This document shows positions 14,427 through 23,482 of a stretch of DNA of 39,387 bases, one piece after another (the first letter of the stretch is position 1; every line of letters begins with the position of its first letter). The translations under genes were made by a program, and so were the position numbers. Origin of the DNA: a virus; the IMG/VR virus record IMGVR_UViG_3300016474_000294, positions 1-39,387 of that record; one strand, 5' to 3'. The notes beneath the pieces were generated by a model. That model saw only the letters and a program-made list of their open reading frames with translations, was not told the DNA's origin and did no database searches.

Positions 14427-14990
14427 ATGTCCCAATCCGTCATTGACTGTTGCAACAGCGCGCTCCAGCGCGTTGGCGCGGCCACGATCCTGAGCCTGTC
14501 GGACAACAGTCCGGAGGCTCGGGCGTGCTCTGTGGCCTACGACAGCAATCGTCGAGACGAACTGCGCAAGCACCCGTGGAACTTTGCGATCTCGCGCATT
14601 GTGCTCGCGCCGGATGCGACCGCTCCGGCTTTTGACTACCTGTACGCCTTCACCCTCCCCAGCGCCTGCCTGCGCGTCCTGCGGCCGAAGACGCCGAACC
14701 TCGATTGGAAGGTCGAGGGCCGGAAGATTTTGACCAATGACGGCAACACGCTTTATCTGCGGTACATCGCCGACATCGAGGACGCAGCGCAATGGGACTC
14801 CAGCTTCTACAACGTGGTGGCCGCAGCGCTGGCGATCGACATCGTCGAAAAGCTCACGCAGTCCAACACCAAGAAGCAACAACTCTTTGCGGAGTACAAC
14901 GACGCCATCAAAATGGCGAAACGCATGAACGCCTTTGAGTCGGGGCCGGAAGAAGCACCCGACGACGATTGGTGGATAGCGAGGTTGTAA
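14427..14990 (+). CDS. Tail tubular protein A / adaptor (T7 gp11-like)
   Basis: 187 aa with an HPWNFA motif; precedes the gp12-like gene. Confidence 0.65.
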   Translation: MSQSVIDCCNSALQRVGAATILSLSDNSPEARACSVAYDSNRRDELRKHPWNFAISRIVLAPDATAPAFDYLYAFTLPSACLRVLRPKTPNLDWKVEGRKILTNDGNTLYLRYIADIEDAAQWDSSFYNVVAAALAIDIVEKLTQSNTKKQQLFAEYNDAIKMAKRMNAFESGPEEAPDDDWWIARL

Positions 14991-17065
14991 TGCCTCGCGC
15001 AACGTGGGTCCAAACCAACTTCAACAGCGGTGAGTGGTCACCGCTCACTTACGGCCGCGCCGATGTCGCCAAGTACAAGAACGCGCTGGCGACGTGCCTC
15101 AACTACGCCCCGACCGCGCAAGGCGGTCTGACCCGGCGTCCCGGCACCAAATACGTCGCCAACGTCAAGAACAATTACAATGCCGTGCGGCTGGTGCCGT
15201 TCGAGTTCAGCATCACTCAAGCCTATGTGCTGGAGTTCGGGCCGAGCTACATCCGCTTCTACACAAACGACGGCCAGCTTCTGAGCGGCGGCTCGCCGTA
15301 TGAGGTCGTCTCGCCCTATGGCGCGTCCGATCTCAACGATCTGTCCTTCGTGCAGTCGGCCGATGTCCTCTACATCGCCCACAAAAACTACGCCCCGCGC
15401 AAGCTCATCCGCAGTGGCCCGACTTCGTGGACGTTGTCGTCGTTGAGCTTGGTCGATGGCCCCTACCTGATCACCAACACCACCAGCACGACGCTGACTT
15501 CGGGCGCGGCTGGCCCGGGCGCGGCGACGGTGACCGCATCAAGCACGACCGGCATCAATGGCGGCACAGGCTTCACCTCAAACGACGTGGGCCGAAAGAT
15601 CAGGCTCAAATCCGGGTCGAATTGGGGCTACGGCACGATCACCGCCTACACCAGCAGCACGCAGGTGACGGTGACGTGGACCACTGCGGTGGGCTTGGCC
15701 GCGTCAGCGACGTGGCGTCTTGGCGTCTGGTACGGCGCTGAAGGGTCGGCTACGACCGCCAACTACCCCGGCACCGTGGTGTTCAACCAAGACCGGCTGG
15801 TCTTTGGCGGCAGCACAAACTACCCCAACCGCATCGACGGCTCGAACACCTCGGACTACGAGAACTTCGCGCCAAGCGACGCGGCCGGCACGGTGATCGA
15901 CAGCAACGCGATCTCGTTCTCGCTCAACTCGGCCAAGGTCAACGCGATCAACTGGATGGTGAGCGACGAGTGGGGGCTGCTGGTCGGAACCGCCTCGGGC
16001 GAGTGGGTGGTGGCCGCGAGCACGCAGCAGAACGCGGTCACGCCCACCAACATCACCGCCAAGCAGACCACGTCCTACGGCGGCACCAACGTGCCCCCGG
16101 TGCGGATGGGTAAGTCGACGCTCTTTGTGCAGCGCACCAAGCGTAAACTGCGCGAGATGACCTACCAGTTCACGCTGGGCACGTTCCAAGCGCCTGACAT
16201 CTCGCTGGTGGCCGAGCATCTGACCAAGAGCGGCATCAAGCAGATGGCCGCGCAACTCGCGCCGCAGCCGATCCTGTGGATGGTTCGGAACGACGGTGTG
16301 CTGGTTGGAATGTCTTACGACAAGGATCAGGACATCACCGGCTGGCACCAGCATCAATTGGGCGGGTTCTCCGACTCCGGCCAGACGCTTCCGCCCGTGG
16401 TCGAGAGCGTCGCCGCGATCCCCGCCCCGACAACCGATCGGGATCAGGTGTGGGTCGCGGTGCAGCGAAACATCAACGGCTCGACGGTTCGCACGGTCGA
16501 ACTGATGCAGAAATTCTGGGAAGACGGCGACATACTGGACAACGCCTACTTCGTGGACTGCGGGGCGACCTATTCAGGCAGTTCGACCACGACGGTGAGC
16601 GGCCTGACGTGGCTGGTCGGCCAGACGGTCAGCGTGCTCGCCAACGGCGCGGTTCATCCGGATTGCGTGGTGAGCGGTGCCGGCACGATCACACTGACCC
16701 GCAGCGCCACGGTGGTTCAGGTCGGCCTCGGCTACGCCAGCACCGGCACGACTATGCGGATCGAAGCGGGTGGCGCGGATGGCCCCGCGCAGGGCAAACT
16801 GAAGCGCATTCACCGCGCGATCTTCCGCTTCTTCCAGTCTGTCGGTATCAAGGTGCAGGCGACCAACCGCACGGCCTACCCGGAGCCTTTCCGCACTAGC
16901 GCCGATCTGATGGACAATCCGGTCGCGCTCTACACGGGCGACAAGCGCTGGGCGTGGGACGGCACCTACGAGCTTGAAGGACAGGTGTCGTGGACGCAGG
17001 ACCAGCCGCTGCCGTCCAACGTGCTGATGGTCGTGGCTCAACTCGATACGCAGGACGGAGGATGA
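14990..17065 (+). CDS. Tail tubular protein B / nozzle (T7 gp12-like)
   Basis: About 691 aa. The N-terminus MPRATWVQTNFNSGEWSPL...RRPGTKYV is typical. ATG 14990 overlaps the upstream TAA. Confidence 0.75.
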   Translation: MPRATWVQTNFNSGEWSPLTYGRADVAKYKNALATCLNYAPTAQGGLTRRPGTKYVANVKNNYNAVRLVPFEFSITQAYVLEFGPSYIRFYTNDGQLLSGGSPYEVVSPYGASDLNDLSFVQSADVLYIAHKNYAPRKLIRSGPTSWTLSSLSLVDGPYLITNTTSTTLTSGAAGPGAATVTASSTTGINGGTGFTSNDVGRKIRLKSGSNWGYGTITAYTSSTQVTVTWTTAVGLAASATWRLGVWYGAEGSATTANYPGTVVFNQDRLVFGGSTNYPNRIDGSNTSDYENFAPSDAAGTVIDSNAISFSLNSAKVNAINWMVSDEWGLLVGTASGEWVVAASTQQNAVTPTNITAKQTTSYGGTNVPPVRMGKSTLFVQRTKRKLREMTYQFTLGTFQAPDISLVAEHLTKSGIKQMAAQLAPQPILWMVRNDGVLVGMSYDKDQDITGWHQHQLGGFSDSGQTLPPVVESVAAIPAPTTDRDQVWVAVQRNINGSTVRTVELMQKFWEDGDILDNAYFVDCGATYSGSSTTTVSGLTWLVGQTVSVLANGAVHPDCVVSGAGTITLTRSATVVQVGLGYASTGTTMRIEAGGADGPAQGKLKRIHRAIFRFFQSVGIKVQATNRTAYPEPFRTSADLMDNPVALYTGDKRWAWDGTYELEGQVSWTQDQPLPSNVLMVVAQLDTQDGG

Positions 17066-17484
17066 TCGTGGCCCCCTTCCGCGCCGAACACTTTTGGGCA
17101 ATCGACGTTCAGCCGTCGCAGGCGTATGTGCGCAACTACGTCTCGACCGATGACCTCAAATTGTTGGAAAATCAGAACTCGTTCACCGCAATGCTAGGCG
17201 ACGAGGTTCTGATGTGCTTCGGCTGGATACCGCTTTACCCCACGCGCGCCTCGCTTTGGGCATACGTCAGCAAGAAGGCGAGCCGGCATTTCGTTGCGCT
17301 CACGCGCGTGGCCAAGCGGCTGATCGAGGGGCTGCCGTATCGCCGGCTTGAACTGGAGGTGGATTGCGAGTTCGAGCAAGGTCATCGCTGGGCCAAGATG
17401 CTCGGGTTTAAACTTGAGGCTGAACGCTTGCGTGGTTTCCGCATGGACGGCGGCGACAGCGCCATTTACGCGAGGGTTCAATGA
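17062..17484 (+). CDS. GNAT-fold acetyltransferase-like protein (DUF2833-like) at the T7 gp13 position
   Basis: RLELEVDCEFEQGHRWAKMLGFKLEAERLRGFRMDGGDSAIYA resembles the GNAT C-terminal core. ATGA overlap with the gp12-like stop. Confidence 0.6.
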   Translation: MIVAPFRAEHFWAIDVQPSQAYVRNYVSTDDLKLLENQNSFTAMLGDEVLMCFGWIPLYPTRASLWAYVSKKASRHFVALTRVAKRLIEGLPYRRLELEVDCEFEQGHRWAKMLGFKLEAERLRGFRMDGGDSAIYARVQ

Positions 17485-17978
17485 GCTTCGATCCTGTCAC
17501 CATGCTGGTCGCCGGCTTTGCTACGCAAGCAGTAGGCTCGCTTATTCAGGGCGAAGGCCAAGCGCAGGCGTCCGAGTACAACGCGGCCATCGCACGCCAG
17601 AACGCCGAGATCGCGCGCCAGCAAGGCGCGTTTGCGATGGAAGCGCAAGAGCGCGAAGCCAAGCGCGCCATGGGCCGCTCGATCGCAGCGTATGGCGCAT
17701 CGGGCGTGCAGGTCGACACCGGCTCGCCGCTCGATGTGCTGGCCGATAGCGCGCGGATGGCGATGCTCGACAGGCTGATGATCCAGTACAACGCGGAAGT
17801 GAAGGCGCGCGGCTACGAAAACCAATCGCAGTTGGAAACGACCAGCGCGGACTATTCGCGCACGTCAGCGCTCTTTGGCGCGGCCGGCGCGGGCTTCAAA
17901 GCCGCTGGCGTGTATTCGCAGAACGCGCCCAGTTCGGGCGGCACGCGCATTCCGACTTACGTTTCGATGAACGACTAG
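17481..17978 (+). CDS. Internal virion protein (gp14-like)
   Basis: 165 aa with an N-terminal hydrophobic segment and a helical Ala/Gln-rich body; assigned by position. Confidence 0.55.
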   Translation: MSFDPVTMLVAGFATQAVGSLIQGEGQAQASEYNAAIARQNAEIARQQGAFAMEAQEREAKRAMGRSIAAYGASGVQVDTGSPLDVLADSARMAMLDRLMIQYNAEVKARGYENQSQLETTSADYSRTSALFGAAGAGFKAAGVYSQNAPSSGGTRIPTYVSMND

Positions 17979-17987
17979 GACCGCATC

Positions 17988-20174
17988 ATGGCTGTCATCA
18001 CCCCGTACACCGAGCGCGTGAACCCGCAGGGGCAGGTTGGCGGTCAGGCCAGCCCGAACGCCTTTGGCGCGCAGGTGGGCAGCGCTCTTCAGAACATCGG
18101 CGGCTCGATGATGGGCTACGCCGAGACGCTTTATCGCAATGAAGCCGAAGCCGACGTGACCAACGTCCACGTCGAGATGGCAAAGAAGCGGGCCGAATGG
18201 CAGCAGAAGCTGAACCAGATGGCCAACGAGACGAAGCCCGGAGACGACACGTTCATGCAACGTGTGATGACCGGGATTCAAGGCGACTTCGATGCGTTTG
18301 GCGCAGTGGTAAAAACCCGCGCGGGCGAACAGACGTTTGCCCGCATGGCCGCCAACATGACCTCGATGTTTGGCCAAGAAGCGGCCGGCATTCAGTCTCG
18401 GCTCGATGGCGAGTTCGCTAAGAACCAGTACGTCACTATGTCGAAGAGCCTTGGGACCGTGGCCGCGCAAGACCACACCCAGTGGAAGAGCCTCGTCGAT
18501 CAGGGGCTGAACGCGATCAACGACCCCAACGGCCGCTTTGCCCGCATCCCCGAGCCGACGCGCGAAGCGTTCCGCCGCTCAATCGAGGAAGAGATCAAAT
18601 ACGACGCTGCCAAAGGTTTTGCGCGGCGCTTCCCCAACGCGGTCCTCGGCACCACGCCGACCGAACTGCGGCAGTCGTTGCAGCAAGTGGTCGCGCAGCA
18701 GCCGCGCCCCGGGCTTCCGCCCAATCTGAACGCACCGCTGGTCAAGCCCTACGACGAGACGAACATCGAGTCGCGTGCGCGGAAGGTCGAAGCGCCAAGC
18801 GAGTTCGACGGCTTTTTCATGCAGGCCGCCGCGCTGTACAACCTCGACTGGCGCGAACTCAAAATGCGCGCGGTGGTGGAGTCGAACCTCAACCCGAAAG
18901 CTTCCAGCGGGCAGGCTTACGGCATCATGCAGTTGACGCCCGAGACGGCCAAGCGCCTTGGCGTCGAACTGCCGGACGCCAACGCAACCGAGGTTCCAGT
19001 CAATCTCACGCAGGCGTCGATCTTTGCGGCCGCCAAACTCATCTCCGAATACCGCACCAAAGCCAATGGCGATATGTCGCAAGTCGACATGATGTACTAC
19101 GGCGGCGAGGGCGGCACGGCGTGGGGGCCGAACACCAAGCAGTATGCGGCCAACATGGCGGCGCTGCGCCAGCGCGTCGGCCTTGGCAGCGCCAAGCCGC
19201 CCGAAGCGTTTGCGCCCACGCAGGTAGCGATGGCGGGCGACGGGCAGGATTGGAAGAAGCCGACCACAGGCATCGATTTCATCGATAGCCTTCCGGCCGA
19301 CAAGTTCTTCTCAATCCTCACTGAAGCCGAGCAATACCAGCGCGCCTACGACACGCAGTCCGAGCGCGCCCGGATCGAAGCCGAGCGCCAGAAGAAGAAA
19401 GAGCAGGACGCGGTGATGACCGGCTACCTCGCCCGGGTCATCAACCCGACGCAGGAAAACGGCGGGGCGTTGAGCGAAACCGAGATCGTCCAGAACAACG
19501 TGCTCGACTGGCAGCAAAAGCAGCACATGATCGACTACAGCATCCGCCGCACGCGGGAACTGGCGTCGATGGCCGAGCCAAAAAGCAACCCTGCCGAAGT
19601 GCGCCGGCTGCTGTTGGACATCCACGCTGCGGACGACGATCCGGTCAAGAGCTACAACATGGACCCCGTCATGGAGTCCTACCGCAAAGGTTACATCTCC
19701 ACGCCGGAGATGCAGATGCTTCGCCGAGAAGTCGAGCAATTGCGAGACGGGACGACGAGCGGCTTTCAGAAGCAGGTCCAGAACGCGCGGAACGCGGTCA
19801 ACACTGCACTGACCCGCAGCATCATGGGCCAAGCGCAGCCCGAGGTGGCGGCCGACGCTTCCTACCGCTTTATGATGGACATGGAGCAGCAGATCGCGGC
19901 GTATCGCAAAGAGAACAAAGACCCGCGCGCTCTGCTCGATCCGAACGCGCGCGAGTATCTTCTCAAACCCGAACGCATCCAGTCGTTCATGCAAGGTAGC
20001 TCGCAGGCGCTTGGCGATAATGCGACCAAGGCGGCTGGCGCAGAAGCCAGAACCGAAAACCGGGAAGCCGTCTCGGGCTACTCGATCGGCAAAATCTACA
20101 CCGTCAACGGCAAGCAGATGATCTACATGGGCGGCCCGCTCAACGTCCGTTCTAGCTGGCAGGAAGCGCGCTGA
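17988..20174 (+). CDS. Internal virion protein with a lytic transglycosylase (SLT) domain
   Basis: AVVESNLNPKASSGQAYGIMQLTPETAKRLG (catalytic Glu plus GxMQ motif). Confidence 0.8.
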   Translation: MAVITPYTERVNPQGQVGGQASPNAFGAQVGSALQNIGGSMMGYAETLYRNEAEADVTNVHVEMAKKRAEWQQKLNQMANETKPGDDTFMQRVMTGIQGDFDAFGAVVKTRAGEQTFARMAANMTSMFGQEAAGIQSRLDGEFAKNQYVTMSKSLGTVAAQDHTQWKSLVDQGLNAINDPNGRFARIPEPTREAFRRSIEEEIKYDAAKGFARRFPNAVLGTTPTELRQSLQQVVAQQPRPGLPPNLNAPLVKPYDETNIESRARKVEAPSEFDGFFMQAAALYNLDWRELKMRAVVESNLNPKASSGQAYGIMQLTPETAKRLGVELPDANATEVPVNLTQASIFAAAKLISEYRTKANGDMSQVDMMYYGGEGGTAWGPNTKQYAANMAALRQRVGLGSAKPPEAFAPTQVAMAGDGQDWKKPTTGIDFIDSLPADKFFSILTEAEQYQRAYDTQSERARIEAERQKKKEQDAVMTGYLARVINPTQENGGALSETEIVQNNVLDWQQKQHMIDYSIRRTRELASMAEPKSNPAEVRRLLLDIHAADDDPVKSYNMDPVMESYRKGYISTPEMQMLRREVEQLRDGTTSGFQKQVQNARNAVNTALTRSIMGQAQPEVAADASYRFMMDMEQQIAAYRKENKDPRALLDPNAREYLLKPERIQSFMQGSSQALGDNATKAAGAEARTENREAVSGYSIGKIYTVNGKQMIYMGGPLNVRSSWQEAR

Positions 20175-23100
20175 TGGATTCGCTCACCATCGACTTTGTT
20201 GATGAGAAGCCCCGCGGCTTGTCGATCGATTTCATCGATGCGCCAAAGCCGGCGCGGGGCATCGGGGAAGCGATCCAAGCCGGCTATCAAGGCTCGGCGG
20301 CTGGTTTGGCGATCCGGGGCCGGCTGCCCGAAATCCAACTCGATGCAACCAACAGCGCGTGGTACGAGCGGCTTGCGGCCGGCGCAACGCAGATCGCCGC
20401 CGAATTTCCGCTGATGGTGGCGGGCGGTATGGGCGGCAGTGCGGCTGGAACAGCCGTTGCGCCCGGTATCGGCACCGTGCTCGGCGGTGGCGCAGGCGCG
20501 TTTGCTTTGCCAGCCGCTGTCCGCGAGTCCTACATCCAAGCCTACCAGAAGGGTGAGATCACCGGCTGGGGCGATTTCCTCGACCGCACGTCGATCGTGC
20601 TGAAGAAGACCGGCAAGGAAGCGCTGATTGGCGCGGCCACGGCCGGTGCCGGCAAGGCCGCGCAGGTGGGCGCGGAAGCGGCCGGTTTGGGGGCCAAAGC
20701 CACCATGGCGACCGTGCTGACGGCGGAAGCCGGAACGCTGACGGTGGCCCCTGCCCTGCTCGAAGGCCGCGCGCCCGAGCCGCAGGACTTTGTCGACGCT
20801 GCGGTCCTGCTGGTGGGGCTAAAGGGCGCGGGTGTCGCCAGCCGCAAGCTGATGGACGTTTACGCCAAGACGGGCAAGACGCCAGTCGAGGTGATGGCCG
20901 ACGCCAAGAACGATCCGACGATTGTGCAGGATTTAAGAGCCGAACCAAAGGCAGAACCGACAACCAAAGCAGCCGAAACCAAACTCGGCGAGCAGTTGAC
21001 GCTGTTCCCTGAAGTTCCCCGCGCCTACGAGAAACTAGCCCGCGACGAGAACAACCGCAACGCGGTGCCCGATCCTTCCCCCGAAGCGGCAAGGTTTTTG
21101 GAGAAGCCGTTCGCCGACATCCCGCAGCTTCCGGGCGAGCCGGTGCTAAAGACGCACGTCAACTACAACTACATCAACGCAGCCCAAGACGCCAAAAGCG
21201 CGATGTCGCGGCTGTCCGAGTTGTATGAGACGCAGATCAAAGAGGCCACCCGTGGCGAAGTGCGATGGGAGCAGACCTACGCCGAAGCGCGTGAGTTGTA
21301 TCGCAAAACCACTGGCGAAGAAGCCCCGCCGGTTCCGCTGGTCAACGCCGACTACGCCAAGCTTTCAGCCGATCTCTACGCCCGCAAGCAACTGCTGATC
21401 AGCGGCGCAGAGCAGTTGATGACGCAGCGCCAAGCCTACGTCGAGGCGCGGGCCAAGAACGAAGCGACCGACCAGATGAAACTCGATCTGCTCGCGCAGA
21501 TCGACCGGGTGGCGCAGGCGCAGGCCGCTGTGCGTGGCAGCCAAGCCGAGGTTGGTCGCGCGCTCAACATTTTGAAGTCCACCAACCGGGACCAAGCGTA
21601 TTACAACGAACTGACCTCGATCATCGACGGCCGCTTCGGGGTTGAAGGCAAAGCGATGGGCGAGGCCAAGTTCGACACGATGGTCGACATGATGGGCGCG
21701 CTTGGCTCGCCTGCGCAGGCGCTCAAGTTTGCCGAGAAGGCGTCCAAAGCGACGACTTGGGAAAAGTTTGTCGAAGCGTGGAAGGCAGGCTTGGTGTCAG
21801 GCCCGTTCACCCAGATCGCCAACATCCTCGGCAACTCTACCTTCATGGCCACGCGCCCGATCGTGGATGCGGTGTCTGTGGCGTTTAACGCCGCACGCGG
21901 TGCGCCGGAACGGATGTCGGCGGTCGAGCCGCTGTCGCGGATCGTCGGCAACATCCACGGCGTGATCGACGGGTCCAAGGCCGCGTTTGAAGTGCTTAGG
22001 ACCGGCGAAGCGATTGGCGGCAAATCCGAGGCGCATCGCAAGGCGATCGAAGGATTGCCCGGGGAGATCGTCCGGGTGCCGTTCCGGCTGCTGTCGAGCG
22101 CTGATGCGTTCTTCCGCGTCACCAACGAGCGCGGCGAGGCATACGCCTTGGCGTCACGGGAAGCGGCCAAAGAAGGCTACAACCCCGCGACGCGCGAGTT
22201 CAGGGAGCGAGTGGCCCAGCTTGCCACGAACCCGACCGACAAAATGATTGAAGCGATCGACGCGGCCGGCTCGCGCTTTACGTTCAATGCGCCGCTTGGT
22301 GAGAAAGGCCGCGCGCTTCAATCGACCATCAAGGCGCTGCATCTAGAATGGGCGGTGCCGTTCGTGCAGACGCCGGCCAACGTCGCCAAGGAGATGCTGC
22401 GGCTGACCCCGGCTGCCCCGATCATCAAGGAGTGGCGCGACGCCATCAAGAAGGGCGGCCCCGAGGCGGACAAGGCGGTGGCCGAAATGGTCATCGGCAC
22501 GGCGGTCAGCACCGCCGTATTTTCTTACGCCGTATCCGGCATGATCACTGGCCAAGGCGACCCCGATCCTAAGAAACGAGCGGTGCAGATGGCTTCCGGC
22601 TGGCAGCCGTACAGCATCAAAATCGGCGACACCTACTACAGCTACCAAAGGCTTCAGCCCGTGGGCACGCTCTTCGGCATGGCGGCCGACGCGGCGACGG
22701 CTTGGGAAAGCATGACGCCCGAGGAAAGCGACAAGGTGCCGAAGATCATCGCCACCGCGTTCGCCAACGCCATCACCAACCAGACCTTCCTGCAAGGCAT
22801 CACGAACATAGTCAACGCGATCTCCGACCCGCAGCGCTTTGGCCCCCGCTTCATCCAAGGGCTGGCCGGCAGCTTGGTTCCGGGCATCGTGGCGCAGCCG
22901 GCCGCGATGCTTGATCCGTATCTGCGCGAGGTGGACTCGGTGCTGCAAGCCGTTCAGGCTCGCATCCCGGTGGCGCGCGAAAGCCTCTTCCCCAAGCGCG
23001 ATCCGTTCGGCGAGCCAATCGAGTCCAAGGAGCGCGTGGCGGCCATCAGCCCGATCACGACATCAACTTTGAGCACCGACAAAGTCCGGACCGAAGCCGC

Positions 23101-23440
23101 GCGGCTGGAAGTGGGCGTGGCCAAAGCGCCGAAATACATCGAGCTTCCCGCCGCCCGAGACAAAAAGCTTGGCCGGGTGGAATTGACGCAGGAACAACAG
23201 GACATCTTCGCCACGGAAACTGGGCGCTTGGCGCATCGCATCCTCACGCCGATCGTCAACGCGCCGACTTGGGACACTACGCCCGATCTGGTGCAGCGGA
23301 ACGCGATGGCCAAGGTGTTTGAGGTGGCCCGCAAGTATGGCGAGTCCAAAGCTGTCACCCCCGAGCAGATTAGAAGCGAAGCCGAACGCATCGCCAACGA
23401 ACTTCGGCTTCGTTTGCAACCGAAGCCTATTTCGGAATAG
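20174..23440 (+). CDS. Large internal virion / DNA-ejection protein (gp16-like, 1088 aa)
   Basis: Assigned by size and position. The N-terminus is rich in Gly/Ala hydrophobic stretches. Confidence 0.65.
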   Translation: MDSLTIDFVDEKPRGLSIDFIDAPKPARGIGEAIQAGYQGSAAGLAIRGRLPEIQLDATNSAWYERLAAGATQIAAEFPLMVAGGMGGSAAGTAVAPGIGTVLGGGAGAFALPAAVRESYIQAYQKGEITGWGDFLDRTSIVLKKTGKEALIGAATAGAGKAAQVGAEAAGLGAKATMATVLTAEAGTLTVAPALLEGRAPEPQDFVDAAVLLVGLKGAGVASRKLMDVYAKTGKTPVEVMADAKNDPTIVQDLRAEPKAEPTTKAAETKLGEQLTLFPEVPRAYEKLARDENNRNAVPDPSPEAARFLEKPFADIPQLPGEPVLKTHVNYNYINAAQDAKSAMSRLSELYETQIKEATRGEVRWEQTYAEARELYRKTTGEEAPPVPLVNADYAKLSADLYARKQLLISGAEQLMTQRQAYVEARAKNEATDQMKLDLLAQIDRVAQAQAAVRGSQAEVGRALNILKSTNRDQAYYNELTSIIDGRFGVEGKAMGEAKFDTMVDMMGALGSPAQALKFAEKASKATTWEKFVEAWKAGLVSGPFTQIANILGNSTFMATRPIVDAVSVAFNAARGAPERMSAVEPLSRIVGNIHGVIDGSKAAFEVLRTGEAIGGKSEAHRKAIEGLPGEIVRVPFRLLSSADAFFRVTNERGEAYALASREAAKEGYNPATREFRERVAQLATNPTDKMIEAIDAAGSRFTFNAPLGEKGRALQSTIKALHLEWAVPFVQTPANVAKEMLRLTPAAPIIKEWRDAIKKGGPEADKAVAEMVIGTAVSTAVFSYAVSGMITGQGDPDPKKRAVQMASGWQPYSIKIGDTYYSYQRLQPVGTLFGMAADAATAWESMTPEESDKVPKIIATAFANAITNQTFLQGITNIVNAISDPQRFGPRFIQGLAGSLVPGIVAQPAAMLDPYLREVDSVLQAVQARIPVARESLFPKRDPFGEPIESKERVAAISPITTSTLSTDKVRTEAARLEVGVAKAPKYIELPAARDKKLGRVELTQEQQDIFATETGRLAHRILTPIVNAPTWDTTPDLVQRNAMAKVFEVARKYGESKAVTPEQIRSEAERIANELRLRLQPKPISE

Positions 23441-23449
23441 CCCGAGTAT

Positions 23450-23462
23450 TGCGATAATCGCA
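23450..23462. promoter_or_regulatory. Perfect palindrome TGCGAT-A-ATCGCA between the ejection protein and fibre genes
   Basis: Read directly from the sequence. Same half-site as 36663-36677. TGCGATAAT also resembles an extended -10. Confidence 0.55.
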
Positions 23463-23482
23463 CCGATCAATGAGAGGTTGAG

